A stretch of DNA of 64,000 nt from a virus: the IMG/VR virus record IMGVR_UViG_3300009593_002680; one strand, given 5' to 3'. A model generated the notes under the pieces. The model saw only the letters and a program-made list of their open reading frames with translations. It had not been told where the DNA came from and did no database searches. The position numbers and the translations under genes are program-made. Within the stretch, counting starts at the first letter, position 1, and each line of letters begins with the position of its first letter. This document shows, in pieces, positions 31,138 to 40,086 of this stretch.

Positions 31138-31220
31138 CTTATAGGAAGTGGGAAAAAGTTGATACAATTATTCTGGCAGTTCTAGTATCTGCAATAACAT
31201 TAATAGTTGTATTGGCATAA
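31125..31220 (+). CDS. 31-aa single-pass membrane peptide (not in ORF track)
   Basis: GAGGTG SD; MGKVTYRKWEKVDTIILAVLVSAITLIVVLA; overlaps the previous stop. Confidence 0.6.
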   Translation: MGKVTYRKWEKVDTIILAVLVSAITLIVVLA

Positions 31221-31230
31221 AGTCAAAAAC

Positions 31231-31260
31231 GAAAAGGGTCGGAAACGGCCCTTTTCTTTT
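31231..31260 (+). terminator. Rho-independent terminator
   Basis: GAAAAGGGTCG-GAAA-CGGCCCTTTTC-TTTT. Confidence 0.9.
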
Positions 31261-31268
31261 GATAAATA
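31261..31268 (+). promoter_or_regulatory. Late promoter box GATAAATA (predicted leaderless)
   Basis: 5 nt before ATG 31274. Confidence 0.7.
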
Positions 31269-31273
31269 AAAGT

Positions 31274-31537
31274 ATGCCAGCAATAACAAGAGTCGGAGTT
31301 AATCAAGCAGGGGGAATTATAGTAGGCCCTGGAGCACCTACAGTTAAGGCTGAAGGAGCCAGAGTATCTCTTTTAGGTGACAAAGTTGCCGCCCATGGTA
31401 AACCACCACATGCTTCACCAAATATGGTAGGTTCTAGTAGCACAGTTTTTGCTGATGGAAAACCTGTTGTAAGAGCCGGAGATGATGCAAGTTGTGGACA
31501 TGCCGCCAACGGAGCAAGTACCGTATTTGCCGGCTAG
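31274..31537 (+). CDS. PAAR-domain spike tip protein (T4 gp5.4-like)
   Basis: Starts MPAITRVG; GSSSTVFADGKPVVRAGD, CGH and TVFAG motifs. Confidence 0.9.
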   Translation: MPAITRVGVNQAGGIIVGPGAPTVKAEGARVSLLGDKVAAHGKPPHASPNMVGSSSTVFADGKPVVRAGDDASCGHAANGASTVFAG

Positions 31538-31552
31538 AACCACTTTCGCATA

Positions 31553-31560
31553 CATAAATA
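31553..31560 (+). promoter_or_regulatory. Late promoter box CATAAATA (predicted leaderless)
   Basis: 6 nt before ATG 31567. Confidence 0.55.
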
Positions 31561-31566
31561 TTATGT

Positions 31567-32709
31567 ATGCTTATAATCCAATTTACTGAACAAATAGACC
31601 CATCAACATTACCTGTTGAAGTAATACAGTCTTTTAAATATAACACATATCTTGTTGATTGTGAAATAAGCGAATATGACGTCATTTCCAGCATAACTTC
31701 CCAATATCCGATATCAAGTATGCAATCTAATGAAGATTGTGCGTATATCGACGTCTATGAGCGTCTTACAACGTCATATACAACGGTTTATGCAGAAGAT
31801 ACACTTGCACCACTCTTAGAGAAATTAGACTTTTTAGAGGCCCTTAAACCACAAATTTTGTGTTTTAGTTGGCAAATGGATCGTAATTATATAGTAGATT
31901 ATCGTATAGAAAAACTAATTGAAGCAGGAAATATGGTAGTTTGTGCAGGTGGTAACCAAGACTTACCAGTACATGACATAAGTCCTGTTGCTGTAGATGG
32001 TACAATTAAAGTAGGTGGAAATCTGCATGATGGGCATCACCAAAACTGGATTGATATCTATGATGTAACCGTACCTAATGAACCAAACAGCAATAAAGCA
32101 GTTCATACAGTATGTGGACTTATGGCTAACAAAGAACTTGAATTAGATTACACATTAGGATATTACAGTGATAGTAGTGTTCGTAGTGCTCCTTGGCCTC
32201 TTAGACTTGCACAGACGCCGTCTAACGAAACAAAGTTCTATGAGTTTAATCCTATATCCAATTTACGATATTGTGCAGGAGAACACTTAATACCAGTTAG
32301 ACCAGGTGACCAGGTTAGCATGTTGTACGGTGGAATAGAGTTAGAAGATTTTGTAGGATATCAGTATGTAGAATGTAACACAGACTTACCACGTGGTATT
32401 ACATTTGATTTAGAAAGTGGGTGGTTGTATGGAACTTTTAAATTTAAAACAAATATGTTTCATAGATTCCAAGTTGATATAAATGGGCAACTTTTTGAAT
32501 ACCACATGATTAGTTGTGATGCAGACAATAAACTAACATACGAAGATGTAAAAGAAAAATATTTTAATAGACCATATGATTCACCACCATTTACAATGAG
32601 AGAGTATTGGGTGCCTATGGCAAGACCAGTAAAATTATTAGAGCCTGGCGATCCTTTTATTAGAACTTACAACTTAAATGATTTACATTTATATAGGGGT
32701 TACGAATGA
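31567..32709 (+). CDS. Degenerate subtilase-like protein with putative Ig (He_PIG-like) repeat
   Basis: VVCAGGN, SPVAVDGTIKVGG and YDVTVP resemble S8 motifs; LPRGITFDLESGWLYGT resembles He_PIG. Confidence 0.5.
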   Translation: MLIIQFTEQIDPSTLPVEVIQSFKYNTYLVDCEISEYDVISSITSQYPISSMQSNEDCAYIDVYERLTTSYTTVYAEDTLAPLLEKLDFLEALKPQILCFSWQMDRNYIVDYRIEKLIEAGNMVVCAGGNQDLPVHDISPVAVDGTIKVGGNLHDGHHQNWIDIYDVTVPNEPNSNKAVHTVCGLMANKELELDYTLGYYSDSSVRSAPWPLRLAQTPSNETKFYEFNPISNLRYCAGEHLIPVRPGDQVSMLYGGIELEDFVGYQYVECNTDLPRGITFDLESGWLYGTFKFKTNMFHRFQVDINGQLFEYHMISCDADNKLTYEDVKEKYFNRPYDSPPFTMREYWVPMARPVKLLEPGDPFIRTYNLNDLHLYRGYE

Positions 32710-33662
32710 GAGGTGTAACATTTAGTGAATTCAAAGATGGTCAAAATGTTGATATGTTTTATCATGCACCTGATTGTAAACCAGGTACACCAATGCAAGA
32801 AGCAATTCGAACTGCAAAAGAAATAAGAAACAAATACAGTAAAGACATATATGTATGGTGTGATTATAGTGTACAACACATGTATTCACAATTATGTATG
32901 CAGGCTTTTAAAATGGCTGGTATAGAATTTGTTGCCGCCATTCCTGTTTTAAGTAATAACTTAACAAAACGTGAAAACGATTGTAGTATTGCATATTGTG
33001 AACAACGTAATATACCTTACGAATTATTTCATATAGATGTAGAAGAATTATTTAATGGTCCTGAATTAGAAAAGTACGGAGAAAAATTCCCAACTACACA
33101 ACCACAAATGACTATAGTTGGAAAATACTTTGATATACTTCCTAAATGTTGTTTAGTATATCCAGGCTTTATGGCTCATGTTAGTAATAGTGATTGGACT
33201 AGAACAAAGAACAATGGCTTTATGCCATTTGTACCACACCAAACTCAAGAACATGCCGCTGAAGTAAGTGGTTTAGAATATACTAATTTTCAAGAACATT
33301 ATGTAAACATGTACACTAGTTGGATGTTTACACAAAGTTATGGAGAAGTACTTAAATCAGCAACTAAAGATTTTGTTGATAATGCTCCACATAGATACTA
33401 TCAATATGAAATGCGTACTATAAAACAAGCAGGTTTCGATATAAAACCTACAACACAGAAATTAATTGGGATTGAATTACTTAAAAGCCATTTCGGACAT
33501 GATAAATATGATAGTGAACTTCGACAAAGGTTATCTCAATTTGGTCCATTATTATTAAAATATGCCAGTTTGCAATATACTGTCAAAGTAGACACAAGGT
33601 TAAAAGAGATGTTGGAAACACACTATGAAACAAGTTTTGAATTCATTAACAAACTTTTTTAA
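32706..33662 (+). CDS. Hypothetical protein
   Basis: 318-aa ORF coupled to neighbours. Confidence 0.7.
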   Translation: MRGVTFSEFKDGQNVDMFYHAPDCKPGTPMQEAIRTAKEIRNKYSKDIYVWCDYSVQHMYSQLCMQAFKMAGIEFVAAIPVLSNNLTKRENDCSIAYCEQRNIPYELFHIDVEELFNGPELEKYGEKFPTTQPQMTIVGKYFDILPKCCLVYPGFMAHVSNSDWTRTKNNGFMPFVPHQTQEHAAEVSGLEYTNFQEHYVNMYTSWMFTQSYGEVLKSATKDFVDNAPHRYYQYEMRTIKQAGFDIKPTTQKLIGIELLKSHFGHDKYDSELRQRLSQFGPLLLKYASLQYTVKVDTRLKEMLETHYETSFEFINKLF

Positions 33663-34449
33663 AGATAAAGCAAAAGTAAACTTTTGGTTATATACACTTC
33701 CTATTCAATTAGTTGGATGGTGTATTTTGCCTATTATGGCATACAATGGTGATTGGAATTATCTTTGGTTAGGTTTAATTACATACTTCCTATTTGGTTG
33801 TATAGGAATGGCTATTGGCTTACATAGATATTGGGGTCATGCCGCATTTGAAATGCCCAAATGGAAAGAACGTTTAATGACAACATGTAGTGTGTTTAAT
33901 GGATACGGAGCAATTTTCCCTTGGGTTATGATACACACAAATGGACATCATAAAAATGCCGACCAAGAAGGAGACCCACATAGTCCACTACAAGGATTTT
34001 TTCATGCATTTTTAACTTGGCATAGAGAACAAAAGTATTTTGATGAACACATAGATAGAAAAGTGTTAGTTAGATATATAAGAAGAGGATTTGTCAACGA
34101 CAAATATTATCAATTTTTAAATGACCACCATTTAGTAATTAACTATGGAACAGTTGGTTTAGCATGGTTACTATTTGGTTGGCAAGTTGCACTATACGGA
34201 ATTGTATTTGGTATATGGGCAACATTAATGAATACAAGTACTGTTACAGCATTTAGTCATTACAGTTGGTTTGGCTATAGAAATTTTGAGACAAAAGATA
34301 ATAGTGTTAATAACAGAATTGGTTCACTTTTAACTTGGGGAGAAATGTTGCATAACAATCATCATAGGTATTGGAATGCACAAAGTAATAGTCAACACTG
34401 GAGTGAAATAGACATTAGTGGCTGGGTAATTAAAGGACTTAAAAAATAA
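33625..34449 (+). CDS. Acyl-lipid/acyl-CoA delta-9-type desaturase
   Basis: His boxes HRYWGH, HTNGHH and HNNHH; DPHSP motif; transmembrane helices. Confidence 0.9.
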   Translation: MKQVLNSLTNFFKDKAKVNFWLYTLPIQLVGWCILPIMAYNGDWNYLWLGLITYFLFGCIGMAIGLHRYWGHAAFEMPKWKERLMTTCSVFNGYGAIFPWVMIHTNGHHKNADQEGDPHSPLQGFFHAFLTWHREQKYFDEHIDRKVLVRYIRRGFVNDKYYQFLNDHHLVINYGTVGLAWLLFGWQVALYGIVFGIWATLMNTSTVTAFSHYSWFGYRNFETKDNSVNNRIGSLLTWGEMLHNNHHRYWNAQSNSQHWSEIDISGWVIKGLKK

Positions 34450-35219
34450 TGTTATTCTATTTAATATTCCTTCCAGTTTGTTTTATATCTTTGCTATGGA
34501 GTATAGCCAATGGTAGTACGCAGTTATTATGTGCTACCATTCTTTTTACATGGTTATACAGCGGCTATGGTATAAGTGTTGGGTTCCATAGATTACATGC
34601 CCACAATAGTTTTAAAACTTGGGAGCCTATAAGAAAGTTACTACTTTACTTAGGTTGTCAAGGAGCACAAGGTTCACCGGTGACTTGGACCTTAATACAT
34701 AATAGAAGTCATCACGCACATACAGACACAAATAAAGACGTACATACTCCAACAAGAGGTATTTTATATGCCTTAGGCGGTTGGATATATCATAAAGAAA
34801 ATCACGAATTTGCAAGAAAAGAAATTTTTAAAATTAAAAAAACTTTAGACCCATTTGCAGTCTGGTGCCACAAGAATTATTATATGTTAATCCTACTAAA
34901 CTTATTGATTATTTCACTATTAACAGTTTGGTGGTTCGACGGAAGATATATATTAGCAAGTTTGAATGGAAGTTTATTAGCAGTTGTTATAAGCGGATTA
35001 GTTAATTGGTTAGGACATTTTCCTATTAAAGGATTAACATATCAAACATCAAAAATGAAAAACAAGAGTACAAACAATCCTTGGTTAGCACCTCTAATAG
35101 GTTGGGGAGAGTTATTACATAATAACCATCATGCTAGACCAAGAAGATTAGAGTTTAATACTAAATGGTATGAAGTGGATATTGGCAAATGGATGATACA
35201 ACTAATACAGAAATCTTAA
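34449..35219 (+). CDS. Second delta-9-type desaturase
   Basis: His boxes HRLHAH, HNRSHHAH and HNNHH; DVHTP motif. Confidence 0.9.
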   Translation: MLFYLIFLPVCFISLLWSIANGSTQLLCATILFTWLYSGYGISVGFHRLHAHNSFKTWEPIRKLLLYLGCQGAQGSPVTWTLIHNRSHHAHTDTNKDVHTPTRGILYALGGWIYHKENHEFARKEIFKIKKTLDPFAVWCHKNYYMLILLNLLIISLLTVWWFDGRYILASLNGSLLAVVISGLVNWLGHFPIKGLTYQTSKMKNKSTNNPWLAPLIGWGELLHNNHHARPRRLEFNTKWYEVDIGKWMIQLIQKS

Positions 35220-35788
35220 GAACATTTTTTAAAGGAGAAATTGGCTGTATTGAATATACAGATAAATGGCTACCTCAATTAGAAGAGTTTTGTAGTATTG
35301 CAAAAGACTTAGGTTACGTTAGTAACGAATCACCCGAAGCAATGAAAGTAGATGAAATACAATATCATTGTATGATACATATACCAACAAATAAAATTTA
35401 TGCAGTAGCAGGTGTACAATATATGCCTGAATACAAAGAAGGTTATTATAGGATATGGACTAGGTTATGTAGAATACCAAATGAAGATATACCTATGACA
35501 AGAACAAGAAGATATGGTAGAGGAGAGATGCAAGAGTTTGATGGACTACTATATTTTAATTGTGATTGGGCAACAAAGCAAGATAATTTTAAAGCAACAT
35601 TTGGTACTACACTAGCCAACAAAGCCTATGCAGACAGTTATGTAAGAAGTACAAATACTATTACAGACTATGTTGCAAGAAATTGGTGGCGTAGAAAAGG
35701 TATAGCAGAACCAGAAGGCATAACAGAATTTTATGCAGTACCACAAGTAGTATGGCGTATGCATTTTGATAAGTTTAAGGAACTATAA
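35189..35788 (+). CDS. Hypothetical protein, possibly GNAT-like
   Basis: YAVAGV...YRIWTRLC pattern. Confidence 0.45.
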   Translation: MDDTTNTEILRTFFKGEIGCIEYTDKWLPQLEEFCSIAKDLGYVSNESPEAMKVDEIQYHCMIHIPTNKIYAVAGVQYMPEYKEGYYRIWTRLCRIPNEDIPMTRTRRYGRGEMQEFDGLLYFNCDWATKQDNFKATFGTTLANKAYADSYVRSTNTITDYVARNWWRRKGIAEPEGITEFYAVPQVVWRMHFDKFKEL

Positions 35789-36645
35789 TGATACCTAATA
35801 TCAAAAGAATTATATTTCAAGTAGACAGCAAAATGAATCATGCTATAATAGATGACTCTCCAATACAAGTAGGATGTGAATTAGTTATACCAGACAAATT
35901 TAAAGTTAAGCAACCATTATGTATTATAAGTCACGGATCAGGTGGACTTGGTGCTGATACAGATTTATTTGTAAACAGTTTAGCAAACTTAGGTATAGCA
36001 AGTTTATGTGTTGATAGTTTTACAGGAAGAAATATAGATGCTTTACATTGGGGAGATATTTTATCTAGTTATGTTAGTCCAAAGATGAGAGCATTAGAAA
36101 CAGTTGAAGCATATAACTTTTTAAAAAATAAAAATTTTCCTTATTTAGATTTAGACAATGTTGCATGTGTTGGATTTAGTTGGGGTGCCGATACAATAGC
36201 AAATATAACAGGATACTATTTTAATCAACTTCCTAAAGATACTTTTTATGCATTATGTTATGGAAACTTGTGGCCCTTTGAAGAAGCATTTTATAATGCA
36301 AAAGATTTGAATGTTAGATTGTATCACGGAGAAAAAGATAATTGGACTAGTCCTGATAAAAGTAAAATTTTTGCAGAACAAACTAACAGTGAGTATGTAG
36401 AGTTTTATGATTGCGTACACGGATTTTGTAAACCAGCAAATGGTTTAAATGATGTAGGAGAAGTAACAATTAATCATCATGCACCTTTTCCTATACCAAC
36501 AGAATTGACAGATGTTTACAAATGGATTATGAAAGGTAAGATTTGGGAAGACACAGATTTTCAAAAAGTAAATGCTGTAATGGAATATGATGACCTAGCA
36601 ACACAACGAATTTTAACAGATATCCACAAACATTTAATAGACTAA
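35788..36645 (+). CDS. Dienelactone-hydrolase-family alpha/beta hydrolase
   Basis: HGSGG, nucleophile elbow GFSWG, LYHGEKD and VHGF. Confidence 0.85.
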   Translation: MIPNIKRIIFQVDSKMNHAIIDDSPIQVGCELVIPDKFKVKQPLCIISHGSGGLGADTDLFVNSLANLGIASLCVDSFTGRNIDALHWGDILSSYVSPKMRALETVEAYNFLKNKNFPYLDLDNVACVGFSWGADTIANITGYYFNQLPKDTFYALCYGNLWPFEEAFYNAKDLNVRLYHGEKDNWTSPDKSKIFAEQTNSEYVEFYDCVHGFCKPANGLNDVGEVTINHHAPFPIPTELTDVYKWIMKGKIWEDTDFQKVNAVMEYDDLATQRILTDIHKHLID

Positions 36646-36651
36646 AAACCC

Positions 36652-36659
36652 GATAAATA
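36652..36659 (+). promoter_or_regulatory. Late promoter box GATAAATA (predicted leaderless)
   Basis: 5 nt before ATG 36665. Confidence 0.7.
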
Positions 36660-36664
36660 GTAGT

Positions 36665-37687
36665 ATGGCTAAACTACTATGGGTTAAAGGCCCACATACA
36701 ACAGACCCAGAAAGAGCAGTACAAATACAATGGAGTATGGGTAATACCTGTAACTTCAGTTGTGACTACTGTCCTACAATTCTACATGATGGTAGTAAAC
36801 CTTGGCTTCCAACAGAACGTTATTTACAAGTTGTTGATAAAATTTCCAATCACTATAAAGAAAAAGGCAGGTATATGCATTGGGAATTGCTTGGTGGCGA
36901 AGTAACTACTATACCAGACTTTGAAGAAATTATAAAACGTATTGCACATTATAATTCTAGTGTAACAATTTATACTAATGGAAGTAGAACAACAAGATGG
37001 TGGAATGAAGCAAAAGACTATTTAACAGGTGTTGTAATAACATATCACCCTTTAACAATGGACGTACAGCATTTATATGACGTTGTAAATACACTTAAAG
37101 ATAACCTTATACTAGATATTAATATTGCTGGCATAGGAGGTCGTGTAAAAGAATTAAGTGAAGTAGCAGATAACTTAAGAAATATATTTACAGATGGAAA
37201 AATGCAAAGTATATATGATGTGAATATAACAATAAAAACAATGTACAAAAAGTATTTAGGTCCAGATGCAAATCATCATCAACAAGAAGCATACTATGAA
37301 TATACTCCTGAAGAAATAACAATCATGCAAAGACCTGGAGTACTACCAAATCCAAATAGACAACCAAGCCAAGATCCAAATGACAGTATGGAACATCCTC
37401 GTTTTTGGAGTACAGAATTTATGTATGACGATGCTCCTCCAAAGTATGTACAAAGTCACCAAATTATAAATGAAGGACTTAATAAATTTAAAGGCATGAA
37501 ATGTGAATTAGGTTTTGACAGTTTAAATATTGACATGAATGGCGAAGTAATTAGTAGTTGGTGTGGTGCAAGAAACTTTGGAAATATTACACAATTAGAA
37601 AATTGGGATATACCAAAAACTGAAACAAGATGTCCTTACGAATTCTGTAACAACCTCAATGACATCAGCATAACAAAGACGTTATAA
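36665..37687 (+). CDS. Radical SAM protein with C-terminal Cys cluster (twitch/SPASM-like)
   Basis: CNFSCDYC, LGGEVT and YTNG; C-terminal C...C...CPYEFC. Confidence 0.9.
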   Translation: MAKLLWVKGPHTTDPERAVQIQWSMGNTCNFSCDYCPTILHDGSKPWLPTERYLQVVDKISNHYKEKGRYMHWELLGGEVTTIPDFEEIIKRIAHYNSSVTIYTNGSRTTRWWNEAKDYLTGVVITYHPLTMDVQHLYDVVNTLKDNLILDINIAGIGGRVKELSEVADNLRNIFTDGKMQSIYDVNITIKTMYKKYLGPDANHHQQEAYYEYTPEEITIMQRPGVLPNPNRQPSQDPNDSMEHPRFWSTEFMYDDAPPKYVQSHQIINEGLNKFKGMKCELGFDSLNIDMNGEVISSWCGARNFGNITQLENWDIPKTETRCPYEFCNNLNDISITKTL

Positions 37688-37722
37688 AAAACAACCTTAA
37701 TATAACTTTTTTTATAAAGTAA

Positions 37723-37730
37723 TATAAATA
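37723..37730 (+). promoter_or_regulatory. Late promoter box TATAAATA
   Basis: Upstream of the small-ORF cluster. Confidence 0.55.
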
Positions 37731-37850
37731 CCTTCTATAGTAAGCAATAAGTTTTGTTTATGTAATCATTCTCCCTTAAAAATGGTTTATAATGTAAAAC
37801 GTTCTATGATTTTCGCCACCCTGCTCTTTGCGATACAGGTAGGAGACACC

Positions 37851-37922
37851 ATGGCAGGAGTGATGAGAAGTTTACGAGATATAGAAAACACTTACTACAT
37901 ACACAGGAGTAACAATGGATGA
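37851..37922 (+). CDS. Possible 23-aa peptide (not in ORF track)
   Basis: AGGAG SD; MAGVMRSLRDIENTYYIHRSNNG. Confidence 0.4.
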   Translation: MAGVMRSLRDIENTYYIHRSNNG

Positions 37923-38013
37923 GTTTGAAAAGAATCTCAGAGATAAAGCAGAACTAATTACATTAATATCCATTTTTCTTGTAAGTGTTCTTGCACTAAC
38001 ACCAGCGATATGA
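37915..38013 (+). CDS. 32-aa membrane peptide (not in ORF track)
   Basis: AGGAG SD; MDEFEKNLRDKAELITLISIFLVSVLALTPAI. Confidence 0.65.
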   Translation: MDEFEKNLRDKAELITLISIFLVSVLALTPAI

Positions 38014-38183
38014 AACAATATAGAGAAGCAACACCTCAAGAATTAGAGGATTGGCATAACAAAGAAGGTAAGTATTGGGCAGATAGATCCTTAAGCATAG
38101 TAGCAATAGCATCGGTTTTTCAAGTTTTAAGTTTAGGATTTCTGCTATTATCATTCAAACTAATACAAATACTATTCTCATAA
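38010..38183 (+). CDS. 57-aa membrane peptide (not in ORF track)
   Basis: ATGA overlap; MKQYREATPQELEDW followed by a hydrophobic C-terminus. Confidence 0.65.
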   Translation: MKQYREATPQELEDWHNKEGKYWADRSLSIVAIASVFQVLSLGFLLLSFKLIQILFS

Positions 38184-38185
38184 CC

Positions 38186-38193
38186 AATAAATA
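38186..38193 (+). promoter_or_regulatory. Late promoter box AATAAATA (predicted leaderless)
   Basis: 5 nt before ATG 38199. Confidence 0.65.
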
Positions 38194-38198
38194 GTAGC

Positions 38199-38783
38199 AT
38201 GTTACCATACTACTTAGACATACCCGAACTAGAATTACCTTTTACAATAGAAGATAAACCGTATGTGCAACACCCTATGGATTTAATGACGCCGACAGGG
38301 TTAGGCTTAGGTGGAAACAATTTTCAATATAGAGGAGTACCTGAAGATTGGTACATGCTCACAAAATCATACCTCGAAGAAAAACTTACAATTAAAATTG
38401 GAAGTCTAACACTTTTGAATACAATGTGTAATGCTTCAAGTCCATGGCATAGTGAAGGTCCTTCAACATTTGGACGCAGGTGTGCATTAAACTTTATGGT
38501 TGCAGGAGACTTTGAACGTAGTTATGTTCGATGGGCAAGTAAAGGAGACACTGATCCTATAGAAACATTAGACGGTAAAGGTGCATGGTGGGAAGATGAA
38601 AACTTAGAAGTTTTAGCAGAACACAGAATGACTCCAGGCAAGGCAACAATTTATAATACAATGCATTGGCACAGAGTTTTCAATTTTACTGGATGGAACA
38701 GAATGGTTATCAGTGCCGCCATAATGGAAGACATTGAAACTGTCAATAATCTTTATTTACAAGACAAATTATTCAAGACTTAA
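38199..38783 (+). CDS. 2OG-Fe(II)/cupin-like oxygenase
   Basis: PWHSE, ALNF and WHRV motifs. Confidence 0.6.
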   Translation: MLPYYLDIPELELPFTIEDKPYVQHPMDLMTPTGLGLGGNNFQYRGVPEDWYMLTKSYLEEKLTIKIGSLTLLNTMCNASSPWHSEGPSTFGRRCALNFMVAGDFERSYVRWASKGDTDPIETLDGKGAWWEDENLEVLAEHRMTPGKATIYNTMHWHRVFNFTGWNRMVISAAIMEDIETVNNLYLQDKLFKT

Positions 38784-38830
38784 AGTACCACTTAACCTGA
38801 AGTTGTAATAACACCTATATAGAAATATAC

Positions 38831-38838
38831 GATAAATA
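38831..38838 (+). promoter_or_regulatory. Late promoter box GATAAATA
   Basis: Upstream of GGGG SD and ATG 38887. Confidence 0.65.
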
Positions 38839-38886
38839 CAAGTGTAGATAATGATGTAAAAACATCACAAGGGGTAACTAAACAAT

Positions 38887-39054
38887 ATGTCTAATAAGAC
38901 GCCATACGAAATTCGATTAGAATTGATACAAGAAGCAAGGTTGATTTTACAAGCGAAGGCTAGTAAACCTGAGTTCATGCCATCTACTGAGGAAGTTATC
39001 TCCGAGGCAGAGAAACTTAATCAGTTTATTTCCAGAAAACCTGATTCCAGATAA
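38887..39054 (+). CDS. 55-aa phage protein (not in ORF track)
   Basis: MSNKTPYEIRLELIQEA...EEVISEAEKLNQFIS, a motif recalled from large phages. Confidence 0.75.
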   Translation: MSNKTPYEIRLELIQEARLILQAKASKPEFMPSTEEVISEAEKLNQFISRKPDSR

Positions 39055-39075
39055 TACCAATTTATTATATTTTTG

Positions 39076-39104
39076 TTGACAGAATAAGTTAAATAAAGTA
39101 CAAT
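39076..39104 (+). promoter_or_regulatory. Sigma70-type promoter
   Basis: TTGACA-17 nt-TACAAT. Confidence 0.8.
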
Positions 39105-39135
39105 AACACTTTAACTATTCGGAACAGGAATATAC

Positions 39136-40083
39136 ATGGCTAATAGAAAACAAAAGCGAACTGCAAAATCTAGCAAAGCAAAGAATAAAGCAGAGGCTCA
39201 AAAAGCAAAGAATTCACCTAAACCAATTAATGAGAATGTTGATCCAGCACAGGACGACACTCTTTATAAATTATTGGATGCAAAAATTGAAATACCCATT
39301 CAAGTATTAAGAGAGAAACATATTTTTATTGCAACACCTTGTTACGGTGGGCAAATTGGTGAACCATACTTTAGAAGTATGATGAGACTTGCTATACTAT
39401 GTAACAAGTATGATATACAATACACAGTAAGTACATTGGCTAATGAAAGTTTAATTACAAGAGGAAGAAACACACTTGTAAGTTTCTTTATGGAACACCC
39501 TGAAGCAACACATTTATTCTTTATTGATGCAGACATCGAGTTTGATCCAAATGATTTATTAAGAATGGTTGCATACGATAGACCTATTACAGTAGGTGCA
39601 TATCCTAAGAAAGCAATTAATTGGGATAGTATTATAAATGCCGCAAGACGTAATGAAGAAGAGACACCACAAACAATCGAAGGACATAGTTCTAACTATG
39701 TTGTAAACTTTGATTTCTTAAAAGATGCAGACGGCAATCCACAAAATCAAATACAAATTAGAGATAACTTAATTAAATTAAAAGATGCTGGTACAGGATT
39801 TATGTGTATCCAACGTCAAGTTATTGAAAAAATGTTTGAAGAGTATCCAGACTTAAAATATGCAAACGATATTAATGTAGATGAAAAGTTTGAAAAACAC
39901 ATGTACGCATTATTTGATACAATGATTGATCCTGACAGTAGACGTTACTTGTCAGAGGATTATACATTCTGTAGATTGTGGCAACAAATGGGCGGAGAAG
40001 TATTTTTAGATCCACGTACAGGACTTAACCACGTAGGACATTATACATTCCGTGGAAACATTAGAAAACTTATAACAGGATAA
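39136..40083 (+). CDS. GT-A fold glycosyltransferase-like protein
   Basis: IATPCYGG, RGRN, LFFIDADI, LSEDYTFC and LNHVG motifs. Confidence 0.8.
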   Translation: MANRKQKRTAKSSKAKNKAEAQKAKNSPKPINENVDPAQDDTLYKLLDAKIEIPIQVLREKHIFIATPCYGGQIGEPYFRSMMRLAILCNKYDIQYTVSTLANESLITRGRNTLVSFFMEHPEATHLFFIDADIEFDPNDLLRMVAYDRPITVGAYPKKAINWDSIINAARRNEEETPQTIEGHSSNYVVNFDFLKDADGNPQNQIQIRDNLIKLKDAGTGFMCIQRQVIEKMFEEYPDLKYANDINVDEKFEKHMYALFDTMIDPDSRRYLSEDYTFCRLWQQMGGEVFLDPRTGLNHVGHYTFRGNIRKLITG

Positions 40084-40086
40084 AAA

